DNA of 64,000 nucleotides, taken from the NCBI GenBank assembly GCA_030603365.1, contig JAUVXV010000007.1, positions 89,346 through 153,345 on the forward strand, written 5' to 3'. The position numbers and the translations under genes were made by a program. Of this stretch, positions 29,137 through 38,811 are shown piece by piece (position 1 is the stretch's first letter; the number at the start of each line of letters is the position of its first letter). This stretch comes from Candidatus Heimdallarchaeota archaeon. Lineage in GTDB: Archaea > Asgardarchaeota > Heimdallarchaeia > Heimdallarchaeales > Heimdallarchaeaceae. The notes under the pieces were generated by a model that did no database searches, was not told the DNA's origin, and was given only the letters and a program-made list of their open reading frames with translations.

Positions 29137-30144
29137 TTAGTATTTAATTCTCGGATCGATAAACACATACGTGATATCCGTAAGTAACCGCGCTACAAGG
29201 AAGAGGAATGGAAATATCGTATTCGTTGCCATCATCATAGGGTAGTCACGAAATAGTGCTCCTTCAAGGAAATAAGTTCCTAATCCTGGCCATCCAAAAA
29301 CACTTTCAATCATTACTGAACCTGCTAGTAATCCTGGTAATGAATTTCCTACTATGGTTACTATTGGTAATAATCCATTTCTGAATGCATGTTTGTAAAT
29401 TACTCCTCTATTTGTAACTCCTTTCGCTTTCGCTGTCGTAATATAATCTTGTCTCAAAATCTCCAGTAGTTGTGATCTAATCAATCTAGCCATGAACACA
29501 AGATGACCTAAAGTTAGCGCTAGAGTTGGTAGTATTAGATATTTGTAGAAAGCCGGATTCAATAGAAGAGGTGTTATAAATGCGTCTTTATTTGTTACTC
29601 CTGTAAAATTAAATAATTGAAATGATACATACATTAGCAATTTTGCTATCCAGAATAAAGGCATAGAATATCCCAGAAGCATTGCTACTGTTAAAGATCT
29701 ATCCCAGAACGAATTTCTTCTTGTTGCTGATACTACACCTATAGCAGTTGACAGAACTAGTGATAGCACAAATGAGATTATGTTTAGTATTAGCGTGTAC
29801 GGCGCATGATCCGCTATTATTTTCGCGATAGGTATCCCTTGTCCCGCTTGCGTATTATACCAGCTGTTTCCGAAATCGAAATGCAGTAAATCATTTACAT
29901 AATCTAGATATCTTGTGAACCATGGTACTGTATAAAGATCAGCATTTAGCAGTCCCATTTCTATTGCTTCTCTGTTATATGCCGTGTTATAACACGTTGT
30001 GGATTCACAATGTATCAATCCAATTCTTACTACAACTGGATCTCCTGGACTTGCATTGATTAAAGTAAAGTTCATCAAAGTTATTCCCAACATAACTGGA
30101 ACAATATACAATACTCTTCTAACTATAAAACCTCTTAATGACAA
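29137..30144 (-). CDS. Oligopeptide/dipeptide ABC permease (DppB/OppB family), orphan
   Basis: PGDP, DFGNS, EAA loop RSQLLEILRQDYITTAKAKG, ESVFGWPGLG, DPRIKY. Confidence 0.92.
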   Translation of the reverse strand: MSLRGFIVRRVLYIVPVMLGITLMNFTLINASPGDPVVVRIGLIHCESTTCYNTAYNREAIEMGLLNADLYTVPWFTRYLDYVNDLLHFDFGNSWYNTQAGQGIPIAKIIADHAPYTLILNIISFVLSLVLSTAIGVVSATRRNSFWDRSLTVAMLLGYSMPLFWIAKLLMYVSFQLFNFTGVTNKDAFITPLLLNPAFYKYLILPTLALTLGHLVFMARLIRSQLLEILRQDYITTAKAKGVTNRGVIYKHAFRNGLLPIVTIVGNSLPGLLAGSVMIESVFGWPGLGTYFLEGALFRDYPMMMATNTIFPFLFLVARLLTDITYVFIDPRIKY

Positions 30145-30234
30145 ACCATCACTCTTACCTTTCTATGCTACAGAATTTCTGTACCTTTATGTTTCTTTCT
30201 ATGCGTAGAAACCACTTTTTAAAAAGTAACTTCA

Positions 30235-30250
30235 ATGAATAATTATTCAT
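30235..30250. promoter_or_regulatory. Perfect 16-bp palindrome, candidate operator of the DUF134 operon
   Basis: ATGAATAATTATTCAT about 40 nt upstream of the DUF134 gene; a second palindrome ACTTTTTAAAAAGT at 30214-30227. Confidence 0.55.
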
Positions 30251-30290
30251 ACCTAAAGACTTATTAAATCAATTAGATAATCATATTTTG

Positions 30291-30587
30291 ATGGTTCAAC
30301 AAAGGAAAGTCCCACGAAATTGTATTAATTATGAAGGCCATATTTTCAAACCAGTATCTATTCCCTTGAAAGATTTGGAACAGATTAAACTCACTAAGGA
30401 AGAGATTACAGCACTTCATTATGCTGATTTCAGTGGTTTTAAACAGCAGGAAGCAGCTCAAAAGATGGGTATTTCTCAAGCATCATTCAGTAGAGATCTT
30501 GCTTCTGCTCATCAAAAAGTTGCTAGTGCTTTTTTTGAGATTAAAGCGATACTGTTTGAAGAACCATCTGATAAAGAAGGTGTATAA
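30291..30587 (+). CDS. DUF134 (UPF0251) HTH DNA-binding protein
   Basis: FKP..IPL..LE.I.LT.EE..AL...D..G..Q.EAAQKMGISQ.SF.R.L.SA..KVA. Confidence 0.88.
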   Translation: MVQQRKVPRNCINYEGHIFKPVSIPLKDLEQIKLTKEEITALHYADFSGFKQQEAAQKMGISQASFSRDLASAHQKVASAFFEIKAILFEEPSDKEGV

Positions 30588-30588
30588 A

Positions 30589-30918
30589 ATGAAAATAGCA
30601 ATTCCAAGTTCTTCTCAAGAAGAAGACGCTAAGATGTATGAACGATTCGGTAGATGTAATTTTTTCTGTATTTTTAATTCAGAAAATGATACTTTTGATT
30701 TTGTGAGTAATCCAGCAATAAATGCACGTGGAGGTGCAGGATTTCAAGCAGTTGAATTTCTCATTAATAATGAAGTTAACACTGTTATTGTACCTCGACT
30801 AGGACCAAACGCAGAAGGTGTTTTAAGACGAGCCAACATAGAAATTTTTCAAGGTGAGAATATTACTATAAAAGAGCTTGTTGAAAAGTGGAAGAACAAT
30901 GCACTTTCGAAAATTTAG
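30589..30918 (+). CDS. NifB/NifX family (FeMo-co-binding fold) protein
   Basis: MKIAIP, RFGRC.FF, NP....GGAG, GPNA; true start ATG 30589. Confidence 0.9.
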   Translation: MKIAIPSSSQEEDAKMYERFGRCNFFCIFNSENDTFDFVSNPAINARGGAGFQAVEFLINNEVNTVIVPRLGPNAEGVLRRANIEIFQGENITIKELVEKWKNNALSKI

Positions 30919-30926
30919 GTGATTAA

Positions 30927-31274
30927 ATGAAATATGCAATACCATTAGATACAAAACAAGATATGGATTCAGTAGTTGGACAACATTTTGGACATGTTCC
31001 ATACTTTGGAATATGGGATGATGAAACAGAGAATCTTGAGATCATTGAAAACAGAAGTGATCACAAAGGCGGAAGAGGTTTGCCTATGGAATTTCTTGCT
31101 GACAAATGCGATGGAGTTCTCCTTAAAGGAGCTGGAGCTAGAGCAGTAATGCTGGGTAATCAGCTAGGTTTAAGAATATTCATGGGAGCAAATGGAACTT
31201 TGAAAGAAACAATATCTCGTTTCAAAGCAGGAAGTTTGCATGAAGCTACTAAGGATGATGGATGTCAACACTGA
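30927..31274 (+). CDS. NifB/NifX family protein
   Basis: MKYAIP, HFGHVPYF, G.GARA, C-terminal CQH; SD GGTGA. Confidence 0.88.
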   Translation: MKYAIPLDTKQDMDSVVGQHFGHVPYFGIWDDETENLEIIENRSDHKGGRGLPMEFLADKCDGVLLKGAGARAVMLGNQLGLRIFMGANGTLKETISRFKAGSLHEATKDDGCQH

Positions 31275-31289
31275 TATGAAGGCTGAAAA

Positions 31290-32126
31290 ATGAAGGTCGC
31301 CATAGTATCAGGTAAAGGTGGAACTGGAAAAACTACAGTTGCTGTAAGTATAGCTCTAAGCCATAAAAAGGTACATCTTCTCGATGCCGATGTAGATGAA
31401 CCTAATTGTTCTCTTTTCTTAAACATGAGTACTGAAGTGGTTGGAGTAGCAAAAATTCCTATTCCTGTAATAGATAAAAACAAATGTACATTATGTGGTA
31501 TTTGTAGCTCCAATTGTGAGTATAACGCACTAATGAAACTACCTGGAGAAATATTAGTACATGACAAAATGTGCCATGGATGTGGTTTATGTACCTATAT
31601 TTGTCCTGAAGAAGCAATAACTGAATTACCAAGAGAGATTGGCAAAATCTATGAAGCTTCTAATGATAATCTACTTTTTCACTTTGGTGAAATAATTGTT
31701 GGAGAAGAGCTCTCTACTCCCGTAATAGGTAATTTGATGAAATATATATCACCATCCAAGAGTCTGGTTATAGTAGATTCTCCTCCAGGATCAGCATGTC
31801 CAATGGTAGAAGTAGTCATAGATTCAGATTTTGTTATTGTGGTAAGTGAACCAACTCCTTTTGGTTTGTCTGACATGAAAATTGTAATAGACACATTAAG
31901 AGTACTTGATAAGAAATTTGGAGTTGTAATTAACAAAGATGGTGTTGGAGATGATGAGTTAGAAAGATTCTGCGAATCAGAACAAATACCTATACTCATG
32001 AAAATACCTTTCGATTTAAAAATTGCAAGAAACTACTCAAAGGGTATTCCTCTAGTTCAAGCTTTTCCCGAATATACTCAGTCTTTCCAAAATATGATAG
32101 GAAAAATCAAGGAGATAGTACAATGA
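31290..32126 (+). CDS. MinD-superfamily P-loop ATPase with inserted 2x[4Fe-4S] ferredoxin domain
   Basis: SGKGGTGKTT, DADVDEPN, CxxCxxCxxxC twice, DSPPG.ACP, EPTPFG. Confidence 0.92.
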   Translation: MKVAIVSGKGGTGKTTVAVSIALSHKKVHLLDADVDEPNCSLFLNMSTEVVGVAKIPIPVIDKNKCTLCGICSSNCEYNALMKLPGEILVHDKMCHGCGLCTYICPEEAITELPREIGKIYEASNDNLLFHFGEIIVGEELSTPVIGNLMKYISPSKSLVIVDSPPGSACPMVEVVIDSDFVIVVSEPTPFGLSDMKIVIDTLRVLDKKFGVVINKDGVGDDELERFCESEQIPILMKIPFDLKIARNYSKGIPLVQAFPEYTQSFQNMIGKIKEIVQ

Positions 32127-33022
32127 AAGCTGATGATGTAAAACAAGTAACCGTTATATCTGGTAAAGGAGGAACAGGTAAGAGTTCAATTATCGCATCT
32201 CTAGCCAGACTGCTCCAAGACAGTATTATTCTAGCAGATGCTGATGTAGATGCAGCTGATCTTTATCTGATTTTTCCACCAAAAAAAACAGAATCCTTTG
32301 ATTATTTTGGACTAAAAACTGCAGAAACTGATAAGGAGATATGTATAGATTGTGGAAAATGCAGGGACAGTTGCAGATTTGATGCTATTAATGAAGATTT
32401 TACAATAAATCCAATCAAATGTGAGGGTTGTTCATTCTGTTATCATGTATGTCCTGTTTCTGCGATAACAATGAAAGACACTTTATCTGGTCAGTATTTC
32501 ATTTCTAGAACAAGAATTGGAGATATGGTTCATGCAAGGCTAAATCCTGGAGAAGAAAGTTCAGGATTACTGGTTGCTGAAGTTCGTAAGACAGCTAAGA
32601 GGGTAGCTGCAGAACAGGAAAGGAAACTGGTTCTCATAGATGGTTCGCCAGGAATAGGTTGTCCTGTAATTAGCTCTCTAATTGGCACAGACTTTGCTCT
32701 TGTAATAGCAGAACCTACAGTTTCTGGACATCATGATCTGGACAGAATCTTGCAGTTGTTAAATGAGTTTAAAATACCTGGTTTCATTATAATTAACAGA
32801 AGCAATATCAATGATGATATTTCAAAGAAAATTGAGGAAGAATTTCAATCAACCTTCCCAGTAATAGGAAAAATCCCATATAATCCAATATTCGTTAAAG
32901 CTATGTTAGAGAAGAAATCAGTGGTAGAAATGGATTCTGATAATGAAGATGTTCTTGCAATTCAAAATACATTAGAAAAATTTAGTAATCTAATTTTAGA
33001 AAAACTAAAAATTAGCAAGTAA
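32123..33022 (+). CDS. MinD-superfamily P-loop ATPase with inserted ferredoxin domain
   Basis: SGKGGTGKSS, DADVDAAD, two CxxCxxCxxxC, DGSPGIGCPVI; ATGA overlap with the previous gene. Confidence 0.92.
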   Translation: MKADDVKQVTVISGKGGTGKSSIIASLARLLQDSIILADADVDAADLYLIFPPKKTESFDYFGLKTAETDKEICIDCGKCRDSCRFDAINEDFTINPIKCEGCSFCYHVCPVSAITMKDTLSGQYFISRTRIGDMVHARLNPGEESSGLLVAEVRKTAKRVAAEQERKLVLIDGSPGIGCPVISSLIGTDFALVIAEPTVSGHHDLDRILQLLNEFKIPGFIIINRSNINDDISKKIEEEFQSTFPVIGKIPYNPIFVKAMLEKKSVVEMDSDNEDVLAIQNTLEKFSNLILEKLKISK

Positions 33023-33051
33023 ACTTATAGATTACTACATTATTTTTCTTT

Positions 33052-33882
33052 ATGGAACATAAGGAAGATTATTTTATTGGAGGAAAAAATTACAAGCTTT
33101 TCTACCAATCCTGGATACCCGTCAATCCAAAAGCCATTATACAAATCATCCATGGTGGTGTCGAACACGTTGGGAGATACAAACATCTTGTTGCGTACCT
33201 AACATCCAAAGGATTTGCGGTTTATGGAAATGATCATCGTGGTCACGGTAAAAGTGAAGGAAGAAGGAATCACATCAAAAGTTTAGATGAGTTTGTAGAA
33301 GATTGTTATCTTTTAACAAAAATAATTCAAGACAACCATAAGGGTGTTCTTATTTTTGTAATCGGTCACTCTATGGGATCATTAGTAGCACAAAGATTTG
33401 CTATTAAGTATCAGAATGAATTGAAGGGATTAGTTCTATCAGGATCAGGTACAAGAATACCTCCTTTACCTGCAATTTTAAATGTTTTTGCCCGAATAAT
33501 GGCTAAAATTTGGCCAACATTTAAAGGTCCAGCAGGAATAATTCCAGAAGAAATATCTTCGGACCCCGAATCTGTAGAGGATTATGTTAATGATCCTTTG
33601 ATCAATTACAAACAAGCTACTGCGGTATATGGATTGAGTCTAATTGACCATTATAAAGATGTTAAAGATAAAATTAGTTCAATCAAAATTCCAGTTCTTA
33701 TCCAAAAGGGAGAATTAGATACTATGGTAATAGATTTGGATGAATTAATTACCGATTTGAAAGGAACAAAAACTACAGTTAAAATATACAAAGATTCTAA
33801 ACATGAGATGTATACAGAAACAAAAGATAAGCGTGACGAAGCTTTTTCTGATTTAGTAGGATGGCTTAATTCTCTTATCTAA
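33052..33882 (+). CDS. Alpha/beta hydrolase (lysophospholipase/monoacylglycerol lipase-like)
   Basis: HGGVEH.GRY, DHRGHGKS, GHSMG nucleophile elbow, HE. Confidence 0.92.
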   Translation: MEHKEDYFIGGKNYKLFYQSWIPVNPKAIIQIIHGGVEHVGRYKHLVAYLTSKGFAVYGNDHRGHGKSEGRRNHIKSLDEFVEDCYLLTKIIQDNHKGVLIFVIGHSMGSLVAQRFAIKYQNELKGLVLSGSGTRIPPLPAILNVFARIMAKIWPTFKGPAGIIPEEISSDPESVEDYVNDPLINYKQATAVYGLSLIDHYKDVKDKISSIKIPVLIQKGELDTMVIDLDELITDLKGTKTTVKIYKDSKHEMYTETKDKRDEAFSDLVGWLNSLI

Positions 33883-33889
33883 ATCCTTT

Positions 33890-35062
33890 CTATTCATCTT
33901 CAGGACTCGAATATTCTTTTATCAGGAGGCTATCTCCTACATTTATTTTTTCTTCGTCTTTAGGGAAGAAGAAATACTTACCTTTTTTCATTACAGCTAA
34001 TATTTGGAAGAAATCATCGGTTTGTTCTGCTTCTTTTACAGATAATCCCACATATGGTGAATCCTTTGTTACTGTGAAAGAATCTAAAGATTCAGAAGAG
34101 TCATCAACTACTTCTTCAAGTATAGCATATGGTTTATGTCTCATAGTTACATCAAAAGCTATCTTTATTGCTGCATCAGCTATTTCTTCAAAGGAGTCAG
34201 CCATTCTGAGATATGCCAGCAATGTTTTTTCTCCAATTAGATCTTGTTTATAGAGTCGCAAAACTTCTTGAATTATCTCAAATTGTAATTTGTCAACCTT
34301 ATCTTCAGTTTGAATAATCAAGGTTTTTACTTCAGGTAAATCTTCAAGAGCATACAAATAAGCCAGATCTACAACAAGCTCTGCTGATTCTTTCATAGTT
34401 ACAAGCAAATCTTGATGGTACTTCAATTTCTCCTTTTTGTGACTTCCTTCATTGGTTATTATGATTTCCCTAGCTCTTTCAACAGATTCTATATTTCCAT
34501 TTGCTAACTCGATAAATTGATTAACACTTTCTAATGGTCCGCGGAAAATAAGAAAATCACCAGATTTCATAATTTCATCATAGTCCATTAAAAGACCTTC
34601 TGTTGGACGGATAATCGCTGCAACATCAATTCCAATCAAATCATGCAAATCAGCTGTAAGTTCTGAAGCTCCGCATAGCGGAGAACTTTCTTTTAGCTCT
34701 ACTAAGTCTACTAGTTGATCCATGTGCTGTTGAACAAGTTTGATTTCATCTTCTATGTTTATATCCATAAGCACTAAGGATGCCATATCAGCCGCACTGT
34801 CAGATATAAGATTGTTAGCCTCACCTATGATATAATAAATCCTGAGCTCTTCAGCTTGATTTAGGCTTTTAATAGACACAGAAAGTCGGTCAAGTAGATT
34901 TCTGTATAAACTATCTATCTTTTCTTCTAGCACTAGAACCTGTCTAGCGACAAGTTTATCGGAGTAAAGAAGAGATGCAAAGGCTAAATCTACACATATC
35001 TCAGAGAGCGTTTTCATCTCAATTAAAATATCTTTCACACTAGTTGGTTCACTATCGCTCAT
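33890..35062 (-). CDS. Duplicated PhoU-like + TrkA-C (RCK_C) domain protein
   Basis: Two repeats of L.EMK..SE..VDLA (PhoU-like), each followed by an RCK_C segment (SP..G.S...; I..GD.L). Confidence 0.8.
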   Translation of the reverse strand: MSDSEPTSVKDILIEMKTLSEICVDLAFASLLYSDKLVARQVLVLEEKIDSLYRNLLDRLSVSIKSLNQAEELRIYYIIGEANNLISDSAADMASLVLMDINIEDEIKLVQQHMDQLVDLVELKESSPLCGASELTADLHDLIGIDVAAIIRPTEGLLMDYDEIMKSGDFLIFRGPLESVNQFIELANGNIESVERAREIIITNEGSHKKEKLKYHQDLLVTMKESAELVVDLAYLYALEDLPEVKTLIIQTEDKVDKLQFEIIQEVLRLYKQDLIGEKTLLAYLRMADSFEEIADAAIKIAFDVTMRHKPYAILEEVVDDSSESLDSFTVTKDSPYVGLSVKEAEQTDDFFQILAVMKKGKYFFFPKDEEKINVGDSLLIKEYSSPEDE

Positions 35063-35178
35063 TGCTGATCGAACACTCTTTCATAGAATCATAAAAACTA
35101 GATAATATCAAGTTTTCGCTTCTAATGAGAATTGAAGAAAATAGATAAAGTTTTTAAAACAAGGAAATCAGTTCGATT

Positions 35179-36534
35179 GTGGTTAATCAAGAAAATAAGA
35201 AAAAGAGATTTTACTTTGAAAGAAATGAGATTCTTTCACTTTTGGGAATTTTCTTTCTAGGATTTTCCACCGCAATGTTTTCACCTTATGCACCTATTTG
35301 GCTAGCGAGAATTTTCGACATAGATTCATACTTCATACTGGGATTTGCTGCTATTATACCCAGTTTTGTTATTATTATTGGGACTACAGTTTGGGGAATA
35401 TTTGCTGATAAATTTGGTAATAAACCATTTGTGCTTTTGGGTCTACTTGGATCATCTTTGATGTATTTTACTCTTCTTTTTATTACTAATGCAGTATTCT
35501 TTTTGATAGTTCTCTTAATTGGTTATGTCTTTATTTCAGCTCAAACATCTAATTTTTATTCCTTTGCCACGATAACATCATCGAAGAAAAAAGAGGTCAT
35601 ATTAGGCGAGATTACTGCTACCTTCAGCTTAGCTTGGTTGATTTCAAGTCCTTTAGCAGCTTTTATTCATGATAATGCTTTTACATTTAGTTTACAATGG
35701 TATTCGAGTATTTCATTTGATCAATTAATAACTCATGGTTCTCTAAATCCGACGAATGCAATAGCAGCATTTGCAACAAGTCTTTCTAAATTCTTCTCTC
35801 CTGAAATAGCAAATAACCCATCACAAGGAGTGCAACTATTTATTGCTGTTTTGAGTAGTTTGATTGCTTTCATAATTGTTCTTTTCACAAAAGACAAGAA
35901 ACAAGAAAAGAAGGAGAAACAAGATGTTGAAGAAAGAAAGCAGAAAGGGAAAATCACTGATTTTAAGTTAATATTTCTTATCATCATGGTCATAGCCTTT
36001 TTCCAACAAGCAACTTCTGGAGGTTTTTGGGCCTATGCATCATTATATTTTATAGATACTTTACAAACACCTGCAACGCATTTTGGTTACTTTTTAATTG
36101 CTACAACGTCAATAGGAGTTGTACTTGCTCTAGCGTTGGGTAGGATTATAAAAGTACATAGAGTAGTGTATAGTATTATTGCTTGTACAACTATTCAGTT
36201 AGTTATTTACACGATAATGGCCCTATTTCCAACTAATTCAACAATAGGATTAATAGTATATAGTTTCCCAATGTATGTCACTTCAAGTATCAGTCTATAT
36301 AGTTTAGTTGGAACATTCTCGAATAAACTTAGAAGATCAACAGCCTATGGGGTTTATAATACTCTAGGAATCACAGGATCGGTTTCAATAGTTCTTTTCA
36401 TGGGATTATCTGCAGATAAACTCCCTCAAGGAATAATGATATTACCTACTTTTGCAATGATAACGTCTATTTTTCCGCTTCTATTAGCTATTGTTTTACT
36501 AATAATTTTGAAACGTAAGAAAGAATTAATCTGA
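35179..36534 (+). CDS. MFS transporter
   Basis: About 12 TMs, motif A WGIFADKFGNK. Confidence 0.88.
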   Translation: MVNQENKKKRFYFERNEILSLLGIFFLGFSTAMFSPYAPIWLARIFDIDSYFILGFAAIIPSFVIIIGTTVWGIFADKFGNKPFVLLGLLGSSLMYFTLLFITNAVFFLIVLLIGYVFISAQTSNFYSFATITSSKKKEVILGEITATFSLAWLISSPLAAFIHDNAFTFSLQWYSSISFDQLITHGSLNPTNAIAAFATSLSKFFSPEIANNPSQGVQLFIAVLSSLIAFIIVLFTKDKKQEKKEKQDVEERKQKGKITDFKLIFLIIMVIAFFQQATSGGFWAYASLYFIDTLQTPATHFGYFLIATTSIGVVLALALGRIIKVHRVVYSIIACTTIQLVIYTIMALFPTNSTIGLIVYSFPMYVTSSISLYSLVGTFSNKLRRSTAYGVYNTLGITGSVSIVLFMGLSADKLPQGIMILPTFAMITSIFPLLLAIVLLIILKRKKELI

Positions 36535-36560
36535 AAAAGTTTAAGAAACATATAAATAAG

Positions 36561-36598
36561 TGGTCAATAGTGACCAGCAGTTTAAAATTATGTGACCA
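36561..36598. promoter_or_regulatory. Candidate operator TGGTCA-N4-TGACCA plus an extra half-site
   Basis: Inverted repeat at 36561-36576 and GTGACCA again at 36592-36598, upstream of an operon ending in a wHTH gene. Confidence 0.5.
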
Positions 36599-36637
36599 AT
36601 CAAGATTATAATAGAACTAAACTAAGAGGTAAAAAAA

Positions 36638-36982
36638 ATGAACTTAGATAAACTCGGCGAAAAACTCGGTGAAGAAATCGAGAAAAAAGTTAAAGTTAAA
36701 AAAAGCAAAAGCAAGGACATAGACGATCCTGAAGAAATAAGAGAAATCTTAGGGGTGGTAGCTACTGAAGTTCCTGCCTTGATTAAGAATATATTCACTG
36801 CATTATATGATCCTGAAATAGCATCTAGCTATGGACAAGGAATTGTTGAATTGTATGCACAGTTGAAAGACAAAGGTATGCCAGAAGATATGGTAAGAGA
36901 AATCGTCATGAATTTTTCTAAATCCTTTGATATAGTCGGTAATGCAATGAAGAATATTAAAGTCAGTACTGACGACGACTAG
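36638..36982 (+). CDS. Hypothetical protein
   Basis: 114-aa ORF with SD GAGGT; helical. Confidence 0.75.
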   Translation: MNLDKLGEKLGEEIEKKVKVKKSKSKDIDDPEEIREILGVVATEVPALIKNIFTALYDPEIASSYGQGIVELYAQLKDKGMPEDMVREIVMNFSKSFDIVGNAMKNIKVSTDDD

Positions 36983-37007
36983 AGTTATCAATATAGAGGT
37001 GTAATAG

Positions 37008-37334
37008 TTGACAAGTAAATTCTGGAACATTCTAGTAGTAATGTATTACATCTCCTGTTTGATACTTCTATTACCTTTCTTTGGACTTTACATTCTTTTT
37101 GCTAATGTGTACAGAAAAGGTAGAAATAAAAGAAAAGTGAAAAGAATTCTCAGACGAGGAGGATTACCTAAAGAACTTCGTAAAGGGGTCAGTCAATCTT
37201 ATAAGAGTATGCTGAAGAGCTTTAGTATAAGAAGTGTTATGAAATCACAAGGTCTAACCGGTACTTCTGAAGAAGAAAAAGAGAAGTTTGGCTTTGTAAA
37301 AACTTTCAAATCGTTTACGGTTAAAGCTGGTTAA
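37008..37334 (+). CDS. Hypothetical membrane-anchored basic protein
   Basis: N-terminal TM followed by a basic tail; SD GAGGTG before the TTG. Confidence 0.65.
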   Translation: MTSKFWNILVVMYYISCLILLLPFFGLYILFANVYRKGRNKRKVKRILRRGGLPKELRKGVSQSYKSMLKSFSIRSVMKSQGLTGTSEEEKEKFGFVKTFKSFTVKAG

Positions 37335-37335
37335 T

Positions 37336-37803
37336 ATGCCTGAAGAGGAGCAGAATCTAGAGGATCGAATGTCAGATTTAGAAGGCAAGATAAATTATGT
37401 CATCCTTCAGATAAATAATCTGCAACATAAGGTTTCCGACAGTAATCCAGAATTGAAACAAATGATGAATTTACTCCAGATTCTAACCTCGACTCTTCAA
37501 ATTTCTAAGGCTCCTTTTTCAATCATTTCTCAAACTTTATCTCTAAAAGATAGGATTTATGACAAGTTCCCTGATTTGAAGTTTGATGCTATTTCTAAAA
37601 CCATTGTAAATGTATTAGACTCTAAAGGAAGACTCAATATTTCTCAATTGACAGAGCAGATTAGAAAGGAAAGAGGTTCTGCTTCACGTCGAATTGTAAG
37701 AGAGAGAGTAGACAAGTTAATTGAAACAGGTGTAATTCGAGAAGTTGACGATGGATATGGAAGGCAAATTGAGCTGATAGAGATAGAAGAAGAAGAAAAA
37801 TAA
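37336..37803 (+). CDS. Winged helix-turn-helix transcriptional regulator with N-terminal coiled coil
   Basis: LNISQLTEQIRKERGSASRRIVRERVDKLIETGVI. Confidence 0.8.
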   Translation: MPEEEQNLEDRMSDLEGKINYVILQINNLQHKVSDSNPELKQMMNLLQILTSTLQISKAPFSIISQTLSLKDRIYDKFPDLKFDAISKTIVNVLDSKGRLNISQLTEQIRKERGSASRRIVRERVDKLIETGVIREVDDGYGRQIELIEIEEEEK

Positions 37804-37806
37804 TTT

Positions 37807-38757
37807 CTATTCCCATACTTCTTTCATAACTCTAAGGAAGTTTTTATGAGTAATTTTATCCAAGTCCTCTTTACTATAACCATTTAATTCTAAATGTTCA
37901 ACCAATATTGGAAAGTAGCTAACGTCTTTAACTACATCTGGTACGGTTGCTCCATCGTAATCTGAACCGAAACTAATATGATTTACTCCCACAAGATCAA
38001 CGATATAATCAATATGTTTTCTCATATCTTCTAATTGTATTTCTTCTGTTTTCTTTGTTGAATGTAGAAATGCTACACAGAAGTTTAAACCAATTGTTCC
38101 ATTTTTCTCAGCAATTGCTTTGATCTGATCATCTTTCAAATTTCTAAAATGCTCACAAACGGCATAAACATTACTGTGCGATGCTATTATGGGTTTATTG
38201 GTTTCTTCAATTACATCCCAAAACGAATTGTCATTCAAATGACTGACATCAATAATAATTCCCAATTTGTTCATTTCATGGACTAATTCTTTACCTTCAG
38301 TAGTTAAACCTCTATCTAGATTATACCCTTCTCCTGTAAGATGGTTATAAGTCACTCCAGTTGCAAACCTATTCACATTTGACCAACTCAATCCCATACT
38401 ACGTAAACCTAATCTATAATAATTTCTTAAATTTATGAAATTTGAATCTAAACCTCCACACCCTTCAAAATGCAGAATTGCACCTATCTTGTCCTTCTCA
38501 AGACACTTTTTAAAATCACTAATATTTTTTATCTGCATCAGTTGATTCTTAGGTTCTTCTATTAGCTTGAACCATTGATCTACTCCTCTATAAATATCAA
38601 AATCACTACATCCAGGAAAAATTGCAAAGAATGCTGCGTCTACACCACCTTTTCTTAATCTAGGTAAATCAACATGTCCTCTATCTGTTTCTTCACTAAA
38701 TGATCGTTCTTGTCTAGTTAAAGCCCATAAAACATCAGTATGTCCATCGATTATCAT
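37807..38757 (-). CDS. Membrane dipeptidase (peptidase M19)
   Basis: IDGHTD, HFEG, IDVSH, SHSN, RNL.D, FGSDYDG. Confidence 0.93.
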   Translation of the reverse strand: MIIDGHTDVLWALTRQERSFSEETDRGHVDLPRLRKGGVDAAFFAIFPGCSDFDIYRGVDQWFKLIEEPKNQLMQIKNISDFKKCLEKDKIGAILHFEGCGGLDSNFINLRNYYRLGLRSMGLSWSNVNRFATGVTYNHLTGEGYNLDRGLTTEGKELVHEMNKLGIIIDVSHLNDNSFWDVIEETNKPIIASHSNVYAVCEHFRNLKDDQIKAIAEKNGTIGLNFCVAFLHSTKKTEEIQLEDMRKHIDYIVDLVGVNHISFGSDYDGATVPDVVKDVSYFPILVEHLELNGYSKEDLDKITHKNFLRVMKEVWE

Positions 38758-38811
38758 TCTAAAATAGGTTTTAAAAAGAAGTTAAAAACTTTCTTAAGAA
38801 ACTTTGAGTGT

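Noticed and set aside
30288-33022. Nitrogen fixation suggested by NifB/NifX-family genes and P-loop ATPases
   Set aside because: No nifH/D/K motifs are present. The ATPases are MinD-type with ferredoxin inserts, a cluster common in non-diazotrophs.
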